Position numbers and translations under genes: made by a program
Part shown: piece after piece, positions 49,311-58,900 of the stretch
How the letters are laid out: every line of letters starts with the position of its first letter
Position numbering within the stretch: position 1 is the first letter of the stretch
Notes under the pieces: model-generated
The model's input: the letters and a program-made list of their open reading frames with translations, nothing else
Database searches by the model: none
Told to the model about the DNA's origin: nothing
Assembly (NCBI GenBank): GCA_963805975.1
Contig: CAWDVR010000001.1
Span: 704,001 to 768,000 of the forward strand
Direction: 5' to 3'
DNA length: 64,000 bases
From: an uncultured Acidobacteriota bacterium
Lineage (GTDB): Bacteria; Acidobacteriota; Thermoanaerobaculia; Multivoradales; SZUA-115

Positions 49311-50705
49311 ATGATGAAGAACCGTACGGCACCCCGTTCCATCGCGACCGCGGCGCTCGTTCTCGCCGTCCTCTCCTCCGGCCCGGCCCTGTTCGCCCAG
49401 GCTCCCGTGCGGGTGAACACGCCCGGAACCGCGTTCTCCCCGGAGGGGCGTGGCGGGCAGGTGGTGGTCGAGGACGTGGGGGACGGGCGCCGATTTCGCG
49501 GCCAGGCCTTCGCAACCGTGACGTTGAGAGCCGTGCTCCAGATGCCTCCATCCAGCTCGGCCGAGCCCAAGATGCAGCGGCTCGCTGTCCACTTTCGCAC
49601 CAGCCCGTCAGGCCCGTCGCTGCGGTCCGTGGAGCTGCGCAACGGATCGAAGGTCGAGTTTCACATCGAAACCCACCTCGCGGGAGACTTCACCGCGAGG
49701 GAGACGACCCAGCCGGAGGCCGTGGCCAATACGTGGGTCTTCGACCGGGCGCCGATCAGTGTGAGCTCGCAATCGGTCCTTCGTCTGGAGGTGCAGTTCC
49801 CCGGCGGCTTCGACAGTCAGATCGATCCCGGAGAGCTCTTCCTCACCGCGGTCACGGTTGATTTTCCGCGCAAGCTCGGAACGGTTTCGGAGACGTTGCC
49901 TCTGAACGAGCCGTTCCAGCGGCTGGCGACGCCACGAGTGGTTCCGCCAGCGTCTACCGGTGTCCTCTACGCGCTGGCCGAGAACAACGACCTGCTGTGG
50001 TACGGCCACAGTGGATGGGCTGACGGCAGCTTCCGGTGGGCGGCCCCGGTCGGGAAGATGGTGGGGACGGGGTGGGGCTTCAAACAGGTGTTCTCCGGCG
50101 GCGACGGTGTGATCTATGCGATCACGTCGAGCGGCGACCTGCTGTGGTATCGCCACGACGGGCGCGCCGATGGCAGCGTCCGGTGGGCAGCCCCGGAAGG
50201 AAAGAAGGTCGGCACAGGGTGGGACTTCGAACAGGTGTTCTCCGGCGGCGGCGGCGTGATCTACGCCATTACCGCCAGCGGCGACCTGCTGTGGTATCGC
50301 CACGACGGGCGCAGCGATGGCAGCGTCCGGTGGGCGGCCCCGGAAGGAAAGAAGGTCGGCACGGGGTGGAACCTCCCACACGTCTTCTCCGGCGGCGGCG
50401 GCGTGATCTACGTCGTGACGGCCAACGGCGACCTGCTGTGGTATCGCCACGATGGGCGCGACGATGGCACTTTCCGGTGGGCAACCCCGGAAGGAAAAAA
50501 GGTGGGCACCGGCTGGACCTTCAAGCGGCTCTTCTCTTCCGGGGGCGGCGTGATCTACGGCGTGACGGCCACCGGCGATCTGCTGTGGTATCGGCACGAT
50601 GGACGCAGCGATGGCAGTTTCAGATGGGCGGCATCCGAAGGAAGGAAAGTCGGCACGGGGTGGACCTTCCAGGACGTCTTCTCCGGGGAAAGCCTGGCAC
50701 CATGA
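49311..50705 (+). CDS. Secreted tachylectin-2-like five-bladed lectin with an N-terminal beta domain
   Basis: AGGAG RBS, signal peptide, five 49-aa repeats GVIYA...GDLLWYRHDG...VGTGW.F..VFSG. Confidence 0.85.
   Translation: MMKNRTAPRSIATAALVLAVLSSGPALFAQAPVRVNTPGTAFSPEGRGGQVVVEDVGDGRRFRGQAFATVTLRAVLQMPPSSSAEPKMQRLAVHFRTSPSGPSLRSVELRNGSKVEFHIETHLAGDFTARETTQPEAVANTWVFDRAPISVSSQSVLRLEVQFPGGFDSQIDPGELFLTAVTVDFPRKLGTVSETLPLNEPFQRLATPRVVPPASTGVLYALAENNDLLWYGHSGWADGSFRWAAPVGKMVGTGWGFKQVFSGGDGVIYAITSSGDLLWYRHDGRADGSVRWAAPEGKKVGTGWDFEQVFSGGGGVIYAITASGDLLWYRHDGRSDGSVRWAAPEGKKVGTGWNLPHVFSGGGGVIYVVTANGDLLWYRHDGRDDGTFRWATPEGKKVGTGWTFKRLFSSGGGVIYGVTATGDLLWYRHDGRSDGSFRWAASEGRKVGTGWTFQDVFSGESLAP
49959..50687 (+). 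repeat. Five intragenic tandem repeats, period 147 nt
   Basis: GA(C/T)CTGCTGTGGTA recurs at 49989, 50136, 50283, 50430 and 50577. Confidence 0.95.
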
Positions 50706-50722
50706 GCTCGCGAACGTGAGTC

Positions 50723-51079
50723 TCATCCACCCACTGCGAAGGCCTGCCCGAGAAGAGGACGAGGCGAGGGCGGCGGCACAGGGCGGGTCGAGCGCCGGAA
50801 CTCGGACGGCGTGCAGCCGAAGGAGCGACGAAACGCGGCCGAGAAGTGACTGTGGCTGGAGAACCCGCTCTCGAGCGCCAGGGCGGTGAGATCGTTCGCG
50901 TGGGGAAGCTCGGCCAGCGCGTGGGCGAGACGAAGCTGGATCAGGTACTGGTGGAGCGAGGCGCCCTCGACGCGGCGGAACACGTCCGTCAGATAGGCGG
51001 GGGAGGCCCCCACCGCGCGCGCCACGTCGGCGAGCCGCACCGGGTTCTCGAGCTCGGCCTCGAGAAACTCCTTGGTGCG
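50723..51079 (-). pseudogene. AraC-family regulator, C-terminal HTH fragment only
   Basis: RTKEFLE...LADVARAVGASPAYLTDVFRR...GFSSHSHFSAAFRRSFGCTPS; N-terminal domain absent. Confidence 0.8.
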
Positions 51080-51467
51080 GCGGGAAGAAGGCGGCGCAGC
51101 TCCAGCTCTCGCCCAGCGGGTCCGGCGTTTCGGTCTGGGCGATCCCGGCCAGCAGGCCGCGGTTGTTCTTGACCGGCCACGCCACGTTGCTGTTGGGCCC
51201 GCCCAGGGTGCCGAGGTCGAAGCGCGCCCCGTAGAGCCAGAGCGTCGCGTGCCGGCTCTGGTCGCCGGACAAGTTCGAGTAGCCGGCCACCCAGGCCAGA
51301 TCGTTGATGCTGTTGCCTCGGCTGTTCGTCCCGCCGAGAGAGGAGAGGTTGAAGATGGAGTAGGTCGAGGAGCCGTGTTCCGCCGATGTCTCGCCCGGGT
51401 CGCCCAGGACGCTGATCGCCACCAACGCTACGGCAGGCACCATGAACCACGCGAGTCGCTTTCTCAT
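51080..51467 (-). pseudogene. Truncated secreted HAF-repeat protein
   Basis: Signal peptide; NLSSLGGTNSRGNSIND, HATLW, DLGTLGGPNS; sequence switches to AraC near 51080. Confidence 0.75.
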
Positions 51468-51669
51468 AGGTCCTCCTTGTTGTAAGCCTCGGAAGTCGAC
51501 ACCGGTGCAGTGTCCGCGATCCAAGTCGGAGCGGGCTATCAGAATCTTTCGGCGAACCCATTCCGTTCTCTAAAGCATGCCCATCGGCACCTTCCTGACT
51601 AACCGCCTTGGCGATCGCGCGTCCAATCCGCTGATGCCTGGAACGAGCACGCCCCGAGAGGAGCGCCGG

Positions 51670-53426
51670 GTGGTGAACGAGCCCCTCGCACGGCGCTCGC
51701 GGTGGCGTGCGTCGCTGGCGGCTCTCGCGTTGGCCGGCCCGCTCTCGGCGGCTGCGGAGCCGATCGAGCGCGTTCCAGCGCCGGCCGCCTTCGTCGGCGT
51801 TGGGGTCATTCCCCTGGACGGGCCGCGGGTGCTCGCCGATCACACCGTGATCGTCGAGGGCGGCCGCATCGTGGCCCTGGGGCCCGCGGCGCAGATGCAG
51901 GTTCCGGAAGGCGCGCGGGTGATCGACGGTCGTGGCCGCTACCTGCTGCCGGGCCTGGTGGACATGCACGTCCATCTCGACCATCGGCTCGGCTCGCGGC
52001 CGGACTTCGGTGACGCGCCGCTGTACCTGGCGCACGGCGTCACCACGGTGCTCAATCTGCGGGGCGAGGCGGAGCACCTCGCCCTGCGCGAGCGGATCGC
52101 CGCCGGAGAGCTCTTGGCGCCGACGCTCCTCACCTCCGGAGACTTCATCAACGAGCCGCGGGTGAGGACCCCCGAGGAAGTGGAGCAGGAGGTCGAGCGC
52201 CAGGCCGGGGCGGGCTTCGACGTGCTCAAGTTCCACGAGGTCTTCGATCTCGAGACCCGAGCGATGCTCACCACCGAGGGCCTGTCGCGCGAAGCGTATC
52301 GACGGCTGATTGCCAGCGCCCGCGAGCGCGGGATCCTCCTTCTCGGGCACCTCCCCGAGCGTTTCGGGGTCGAGGAGGCACTCGCGGCGCGGCAGTCGCT
52401 GGCCCACGCCAACGCCTACCTCTTCGGCTACTTCTGGCCGCACAAGACACGCGCCTTTGGCATCTTCCGCTGGCTCGCCCTGGTTTCGGCCGGCATGCTG
52501 GCCACCGCTGCCGTCGCCTGGCTCGGCATCGCCGCCGTCGGTCGCGGCCGGCCCGGTGGGCCCTCTGCCGGACGGTCCGTCGGCTTGGCCCTCGTCGTCC
52601 TGGCGATGATCGCGACCGCGGCCCTCCTCGGCCGCGAGCTCGCGGACCTCGACTGGCTGGGCGGCCGCCGAGAGCTCCGCGCGTTCACGGCGGCGGGCGC
52701 CTTTCTCCTCGTGCTGGCCGCGACGACCCTGCGGCTCGGCGCCGCTTCCCTACGGCGAGGCGCGAAACGCGTCGTCCGCGCGTCGGCCCTTGCCACGATC
52801 CTGGGCGCCGTGGGCCTCTCCGCCTCGCTGGCCTACTGGCTGCCTCTCGCCTGGCGATCGAGCGAGCGCGGGCTCGAACACGTTGCCGTCGCCACGGCGA
52901 GGTCCGGAATCTCCGTCGTCACCACGCTCACTGTCGAGAACGTCTTCGCCCCGGGTGAGAGGCCGGAGGTCCGCTACCTGGTCCCTAAGCTCGGGAACGC
53001 TGGCGCCAGTTCACCGCCCGCGCCGATCCCTTCCGCGTCGAGCGCGCGCGCCGCGGCATCGGCTTCTTCCAGAGCCTGGCCGGCGCCCTGCACCGCGCCG
53101 GGGTGCCCCTCCTCGCCGGCACCGACGCCATGGGCTTCCCGTGGATGATCCCGGGAGCCTCGCTCCACGAAGAGCTGGGCCTCCTTGCCGGCGCGGGCCT
53201 CAGCCCCTACGAAGCTCTCCGCACCGCAACCGTCAACCCCGCGATCTTCCTCGGCCGCGAGAACGACCTCGGCATCCTCGCTCCCGGCAAGCGCGCCGAT
53301 CTCCTCCTGGTCGACGGCAACCCGCTCGAGTCGCTCTCTCACCTCCGCGACCCAGCGGGTGTCATGCTCGCCGGCCGCTGGCTGCCGCGCGAAGAGCTGG
53401 TGGCTATGCTGCGGAGGATCGAGTAG
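51670..53426 (+). CDS. Secreted amidohydrolase with a multi-TM insertion (one frameshift near 52991; start approximate)
   Basis: PGLVDMHVH, HGVTTV, LLGH, SLAH; after the shift AGTD, SLHEEL, TATVNPA, GKRADL. Confidence 0.75.
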
Positions 53427-53525
53427 CTACCGAGGTGCGGGATCCAACCAGTTCTCCACCACCAGGCCCGGCACACGAGAGAACTCGCGCACGTTATCGG
53501 TCACCAGGATCAGATCGAGATCCAA
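53427..53525 (-). pseudogene. vapC: C-terminal relic of a VapC PIN toxin
   Basis: Manual translation LDLDLILVTDNVREFSRVPGLVVENWLDPAPR* matches the VapC LVTxNxREFxRVxGLxxENW tail; not in the ORF track. Confidence 0.8.
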
Positions 53526-53546
53526 GCGGGGTTGCCTGCTCCTGCC

Positions 53547-53996
53547 TCAAGGCAAGCCCTCGAGGTCGCTCAGGTCCTTGAGCCTGCCGGTGGCTCGTTT
53601 GTTGGCTTTGAGGTGTTCCAGGTCGATGAAGTTGGCGGGAGTGCCGTCGACCACGTCAACAATTCGGTTCTCGAAGCATGCGTCGAAATCGACGCCGGAG
53701 ATCGAAGTCAGGAGCTCGATCCGCACCGGCGGAAAGCCCATGCGAATCACCTTGCCCGGTACCTGCAGACCCTCCTGCGTGATGCCCACGGAGCCGAAGC
53801 CAAACTCTTCGAGCACCTGTAGGAGGTGCTCCGCGTTCTTGGGCGTGGTCGCGACCCAGAGGTCGAGGTCGCCAGTGGCGCGAGGATACCCGTGATAGCC
53901 GACGGCGTAGCCACCGACGATCAGGTACTGAACCTCATGCGAGTGCAGCAACTCCAAGAACTCTCTGAAGTCGCGAGGAAGCTGCATCGTCGCCAT
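53547..53996 (-). CDS. Minimal nucleotidyltransferase-fold protein
   Basis: LIVGGYAV..HGYPRATGDLDL, NKRATGRLKD..D. Confidence 0.8.
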   Translation of the reverse strand: MATMQLPRDFREFLELLHSHEVQYLIVGGYAVGYHGYPRATGDLDLWVATTPKNAEHLLQVLEEFGFGSVGITQEGLQVPGKVIRMGFPPVRIELLTSISGVDFDACFENRIVDVVDGTPANFIDLEHLKANKRATGRLKDLSDLEGLP

Positions 53997-54147
53997 ACAT
54001 CACCCGGCGGAGGTATTCCAATGCCTCCAGTCGCTCCTGGGGCGTCCGTGCCTTCCAGAAGTTCTTCTCGTCCGACTCGTCCGACAGCGACGCCACGGCA
54101 AAGTGGCTGCGATCCAACCGAGCGATATCCAGGGCTTTCATTGGCAT
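53935..54147 (-). CDS. Small protein upstream of the nucleotidyltransferase (putative toxin-antitoxin partner)
   Basis: FW..RTPQERLEALEYLR...RLQRV; overlaps the nucleotidyltransferase start. Confidence 0.65.
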   Translation of the reverse strand: MPMKALDIARLDRSHFAVASLSDESDEKNFWKARTPQERLEALEYLRRVMYGDDAASSRLQRVLGVAALA

Positions 54148-54237
54148 CCACCTAGCTCAAGGTCAAGGCAGTCTAGCAACACTGGTTGCACCGGCGCGAC
54201 TCCGGGTGGCCCCTTCCACTGCTAGACTTCGTATCGC

Positions 54238-55917
54238 ATGCCCCAGCTCGAAACTCCGTCCCTTCCCCGGACCATCCGTGCCCCTCGCGGCACTGCTCTG
54301 TCCTGCAAGGGCTGGCAGCAGGAAGCCGCGTTGCGCATGCTGATGAACAACCTCGATCCCGAGGTGGCGGAGCGTCCGGCGGACCTCGTGGTCTACGGCG
54401 GCTCGGGCAAGGCGGCGCGCAACTGGGAATGCTTCGAGGCCCTGGTCACGACCCTCCGGCGCCTGGAGGGGGACGAGACGCTCCTCGTCCAGTCCGGCAA
54501 GCCGGTGGCGGTGTTCAAGAGCCACGCCGAGGCGCCCCGCGTGCTGATCGCCAACTCGCTGCTGGTGCCGCACTGGGCCACGGCCGACGAGTTCCGCCGC
54601 CTCGAGGGCCTGGGCCTCACCATGTACGGCCAGATGACCGCCGGCTCCTGGATCTACATCGGCACCCAGGGCATCCTGCAGGGCACCTACGAGACACTCG
54701 CCGAGTGCGCGCGCCAGCATTTCGGGGGCTCGCTCGCCGGCCGCCTGACGGTGACCGCCGGCCTGGGCGGCATGGGCGGCGCGCAGCCGCTCGCCGTGAC
54801 CCTGAACGGCGGCGTCTGCCTGGCCGCCGAGGTGGACGCGAGCCGCATCAGGCGCCGCCTCGAGACCCGTTATCTCGACGTGTGCGCCGCGAGCCTCGAG
54901 GACGGCATCGAACGGGCGCTCGCGGCGCGGGACGCCAAGCAGGCGCTGTCGATCGCCGTCGAGGCCAACGCGGTCGATCTGCTGGCCGAGCTCCTGGCTC
55001 GCGGCCTGGTGCCCGACGTCCTCACCGACCAGACCTCGGCGCACGACGCGCTCCAGGGCTACGTGCCGCACGGCCTGCCCTACGCCGCGGCGCTCACCCT
55101 GCGGGCCGGCGACCCGGAAGGCTACGTCGCGCGCTCCATGGCCTCGATGGCCGAGCACGTGCGGCTGATGCGGGCGCTCCAGGAGCGGGGCGCGGTGACC
55201 TTCGACTACGGCAACAACCTGCGCGGCCAGGCGCTGGCGGCGGGGGTGGCCGATGCGTTCGAGATCGGCGGCTTCGTGCCGCTCTTTATCCGGCCGCTGT
55301 TCTGCCAGGGCAAGGGACCGTTCCGCTGGGCCGTGCTGTCCGGCGACCCGGAGGACCTCGCGGTCACCGACCAGGCCATCCTCGACACCTTCCCGGAGGA
55401 CGAGGCCCTGGGGCGCTGGATCCGCCTGGCTCGCGAGCGCGTGGCCTTCCAGGGCCTGCCGGCCCGCATCTGCTGGCTGGGCTACGGCGAGCGCGCCAAG
55501 GCCGGCCGGGTGTTCAACGAGCTGGTCGCCTCGGGCAAGGTCAGGGCGCCGATCGTCATCGGCCGCGACCACCTCGACTGCGGCTCGGTGGCCTCGCCCA
55601 ACCGCGAGACCGAGGGCATGCTCGACGGCTCGGACGCGATCGCCGACTGGCCGATCCTCAACGCCCTGATCAACGCCGTGAACGGCGCCACCTGGATCTC
55701 CGTGCACCACGGTGGCGGGGTGGGAATCGGCTACTCGATCCACGCCGGCATGGTGGTGGTGGCGGACGGCACGCCGGAGGCCGGGCGGCGGCTGGACCGG
55801 GTGCTGGCGAGCGACCCGGGCATGGGGGTGGCGCGCCACGCCGACGCCGGCTACGACGAGGCCGTAGAGTTCGGCCGTCGGCACGGGGTCGATCTGCCGA
55901 TGCTCCCAGGTCCATGA
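54238..55917 (+). CDS. hutU: Urocanate hydratase
   Basis: [50 protein letters not shown]. Confidence 0.97.
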   Translation: MPQLETPSLPRTIRAPRGTALSCKGWQQEAALRMLMNNLDPEVAERPADLVVYGGSGKAARNWECFEALVTTLRRLEGDETLLVQSGKPVAVFKSHAEAPRVLIANSLLVPHWATADEFRRLEGLGLTMYGQMTAGSWIYIGTQGILQGTYETLAECARQHFGGSLAGRLTVTAGLGGMGGAQPLAVTLNGGVCLAAEVDASRIRRRLETRYLDVCAASLEDGIERALAARDAKQALSIAVEANAVDLLAELLARGLVPDVLTDQTSAHDALQGYVPHGLPYAAALTLRAGDPEGYVARSMASMAEHVRLMRALQERGAVTFDYGNNLRGQALAAGVADAFEIGGFVPLFIRPLFCQGKGPFRWAVLSGDPEDLAVTDQAILDTFPEDEALGRWIRLARERVAFQGLPARICWLGYGERAKAGRVFNELVASGKVRAPIVIGRDHLDCGSVASPNRETEGMLDGSDAIADWPILNALINAVNGATWISVHHGGGVGIGYSIHAGMVVVADGTPEAGRRLDRVLASDPGMGVARHADAGYDEAVEFGRRHGVDLPMLPGP

Positions 55918-55967
55918 TTTTAGGGCCGATGATCTAGCAGCCCTCCCGCCGGGGAGCCCTGAGGCTC

Positions 55968-58900
55968 GTGCCGCGCAACCCTCCCCTCACCGAGACTCTG
56001 ATCTCCCGGCCTTCGGCCGTCGAGACCGTGCTGCTCGCGGCCTCGGCGGCGACCCCGCTCCTGCCCGCGCCGTGGGGTGCTCTCGCCCTGGTCGTGCTCG
56101 CGGCGCTCTGGTGGCGCCGCCGGCCCTCGCGCCGCGAGCTCGCCGTGGCCCTCCCGGCGCTGGCGCTCGCCGCCGTTCTCCTGGCGGCCGGCTGGCTCGC
56201 CTCGCGGCCGGACGTCCGCACCCTCGAAGCGTGGGACGTGGCCGCCACCCGCCAGTACGGGCGCCTGTGGGCGGAGCTGGACGACCTGGCGCGGGAGGCC
56301 CGGGAGGCGGTGGGCCGGGCGCCGGTGACGCGCGCCGAGCGCCAGGCCGCCTTCGCGCGCCTGGCCGAGGTGGCGACCCCCGGCGGAACCGACCGCGCTT
56401 CGGTGCTGCTGGTCGATCCGGACGGCGAGGCGAGCGCCTGGTCGGGGAGCGGCCTGCTGCACGAGCCCACGCCCGAGGAGCTGCCGCCCCGCGGCCGGCA
56501 CTTCCGTGCCGGGTTCACGGCCGTGACGCTGATGGTGATCGAGCCGCTGGACGATTCGCGGCGCCCCTGGCGCGTGGTGGCGGGCAGGAGCTTCCCGACC
56601 GACCGCCTTCCCTTCCCGCCGCCGGGCGGCGAGGCGGACACCGACTTCCGCTGGTCGGTGGTGGAGGAGACGCGCGATCCGGCCGGCGCCGAGGGCCTCC
56701 GCCTGGCTCCGGCTCTCCTGCCGGCCATGGTGATCACCCCGCGCCCGCTGCTCGCCCGCGGTCTCGCGGAGGCGAGCCCGATCTGGGGGAGAGCAGCCTG
56801 GGCGGCGCTCGCCGCGGCCCTGCTGGCGGTAGTGGTGCTGCGGGGCGTGGGGCTCCTGCTCACCGGCGGGGCGCGTGGCAGCCACGCCGGCTCGCTGACG
56901 GCTCTGGCGCTCGCCGGCACGGCCGCCGCGGCCAGCGCCGCGGGTGCGCCGGGGACGGCGGTGGCGGCCCTGGGCCTCGGCGTGCTCCTCGCGGCCCTGG
57001 GCCTCGCCTGGCAGGCGCCGGAGATGCCGCCCTGGGCCACGGCGGTTGCGGGAGGCTCCGCCGCGCTCGCCGTAGGCTTCCTCGCCTGGCTCTTCCAGGA
57101 GGCGCTGGGGCCGCTCGATCTGGGCTCGGACCTCTGGGCCGGGACCGAAGTCTTCTGCCTCCGTCTCGCGGCCGGGGTCGCGGCCTTCGGCCTCCTGGCC
57201 CTGGCGGGCCGGCGGCGGAAGCCGAGTGTCGAAGCCTCGGTCGCTGGCTCCTCGGTCGGGGGAGGGGGCCATGCGCTCGCCTGGTGGGCGGCCGGCCTGC
57301 TACTCCTGGCGTCCCTCGCCGCCGACCGCCCGCCGATCGCGCTCCTCCTGCTGGCGCTCTCCGGCGTGGCGATCGCCCTGTGGCTCGCCCACCGGCGCCT
57401 GCTCGCCGAGGCGGGGTCGTTCGCCGCCTTCGTGGCCCTCGCCTGGATCACAGGTGCCGTGGGCTGGGAGGTGGCGTACCGCCAGCTCCTGCGGCTCGAG
57501 GTCGAGCGGCAGGTGCTGCCGCGGCTGGCGCCGCCGAGCAGCGCGGAGATGGACGCCGTCGCGAGCGAGGTCTCGGGTTTCCTCGATGCGCTGGACCTCG
57601 AGTCGCTGACCGCGCGCCCGCTCGACGGCATGGACCGCCGCGACCTGGCCTACGCCGTGTGGCGCCAGTCGCCGCTCGCCCGACGCAGTGCGCTCTCCGC
57701 CGTCAAGCTGGTGCCGGCCGACCCCGAGGTCCTTCCCAGCCTGGGGGCCTTTCCGGAGCGCACCGTCTTCTCCTTCGGCCTGCCCCTCTCCGATGCCGGG
57801 GAAGCGGTCTGGGAGCCCGCGAGCTCGCCGGACCCGGTGCTCCCGGCCTGGGACGATCTGCTGGTGAACGGCGAGGTCCGGCTGACGGCGGGCGGCAGGC
57901 CCTGGGGCACGGCCCGCTGGTGGCTGGTGCCGCGGCCGGGCTTCGGCCTGGGCCGGAGGGAGAGCGCCGAGCAGGTGGTGGTGGGCCTGCTGCGCGGCGC
58001 GCCCGGCGATCCCCAGTCGGCGATCGGCCTGCCCGAGCCGGTGCTCTACGCCCTCTACCCGGGCGACGGCAGGCCGCTGGTCTCACCCTGGCAGGACGAG
58101 CCGCCGGCGCCGGCGCCGGTGGTGGCCGGCGACCGCTTCTCCGGCCTGGTCGAAACGCCGGAGGGGCCCACCTGGGCGTTTGCGCGGCGCGGGGCCGACG
58201 GCTACGAGGCTCTCTACCTGCCGCGGCTCCAGGGCCTGGAAGCGCCGGAGCGGGTGGGCACGGCGGCGGCCACCGCGCTGCTGTTCGTGGCCGTCGCGAC
58301 CCTGATCGCGCTGCTCCTGGCGCTGCCGCGGCCCGCCTTCCGCGACCTGGTGACCCGCGCCGTGCGCTCCTACTCGCGGCGGCTGCTGCTGGTGTTCACG
58401 GCGCTCCTGGTGGTGCCCTTCCTGCTCCTCGACCTGGTGCTGCTGCGCACGGTCGAGGCCTCGCTGTCCCGCGACCAGGAAGCGCGCGGCGAGCAGGCGA
58501 TCGTCGCCGCGCAGCAGGCGGCGCTGGCCACGATCGCCGGCCAGGAGCCCGGCTTCGGCATCGACACGGCGCTCTCGACCGAGTACCTGAAGGACCTGTC
58601 GCGCCTGGTCGACCACGACGTCAACGTCTACTTCGGCTCGGCCTTCCTCTCCTCGTCGAGCGGCGAGCTGTTCACGGCGGGCCTCCTGCCGCGGCGCATT
58701 CCGGGCGAGGTCTACGCCCGGCTGGCGCTCGAGGGCTACGGCATCGCCGAGCGCACCAGCCGGGCCGTGGACACACCCTACCTCGAGCTCTACCGCCCCA
58801 TGGCGCTCCCCGGCGCGGCCGAGGGCGAGGCGGACGAGCCGCGCATCTTCCTCTCGGTGCCGCTCCTGGCGCAGCAGGAGGAGGCGGCCGGGGTGCTGGC

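Noticed and set aside
49959-50687. Regular repeats as a CRISPR array
   Set aside because: 147-nt in-frame coding repeats with no unique spacers and no cas genes
49608-51524. 638-aa minus-strand ORF as one protein
   Set aside because: Only about 130 aa (the HAF head) look coding; the remainder is off-frame or antisense run-on past the deletion junction
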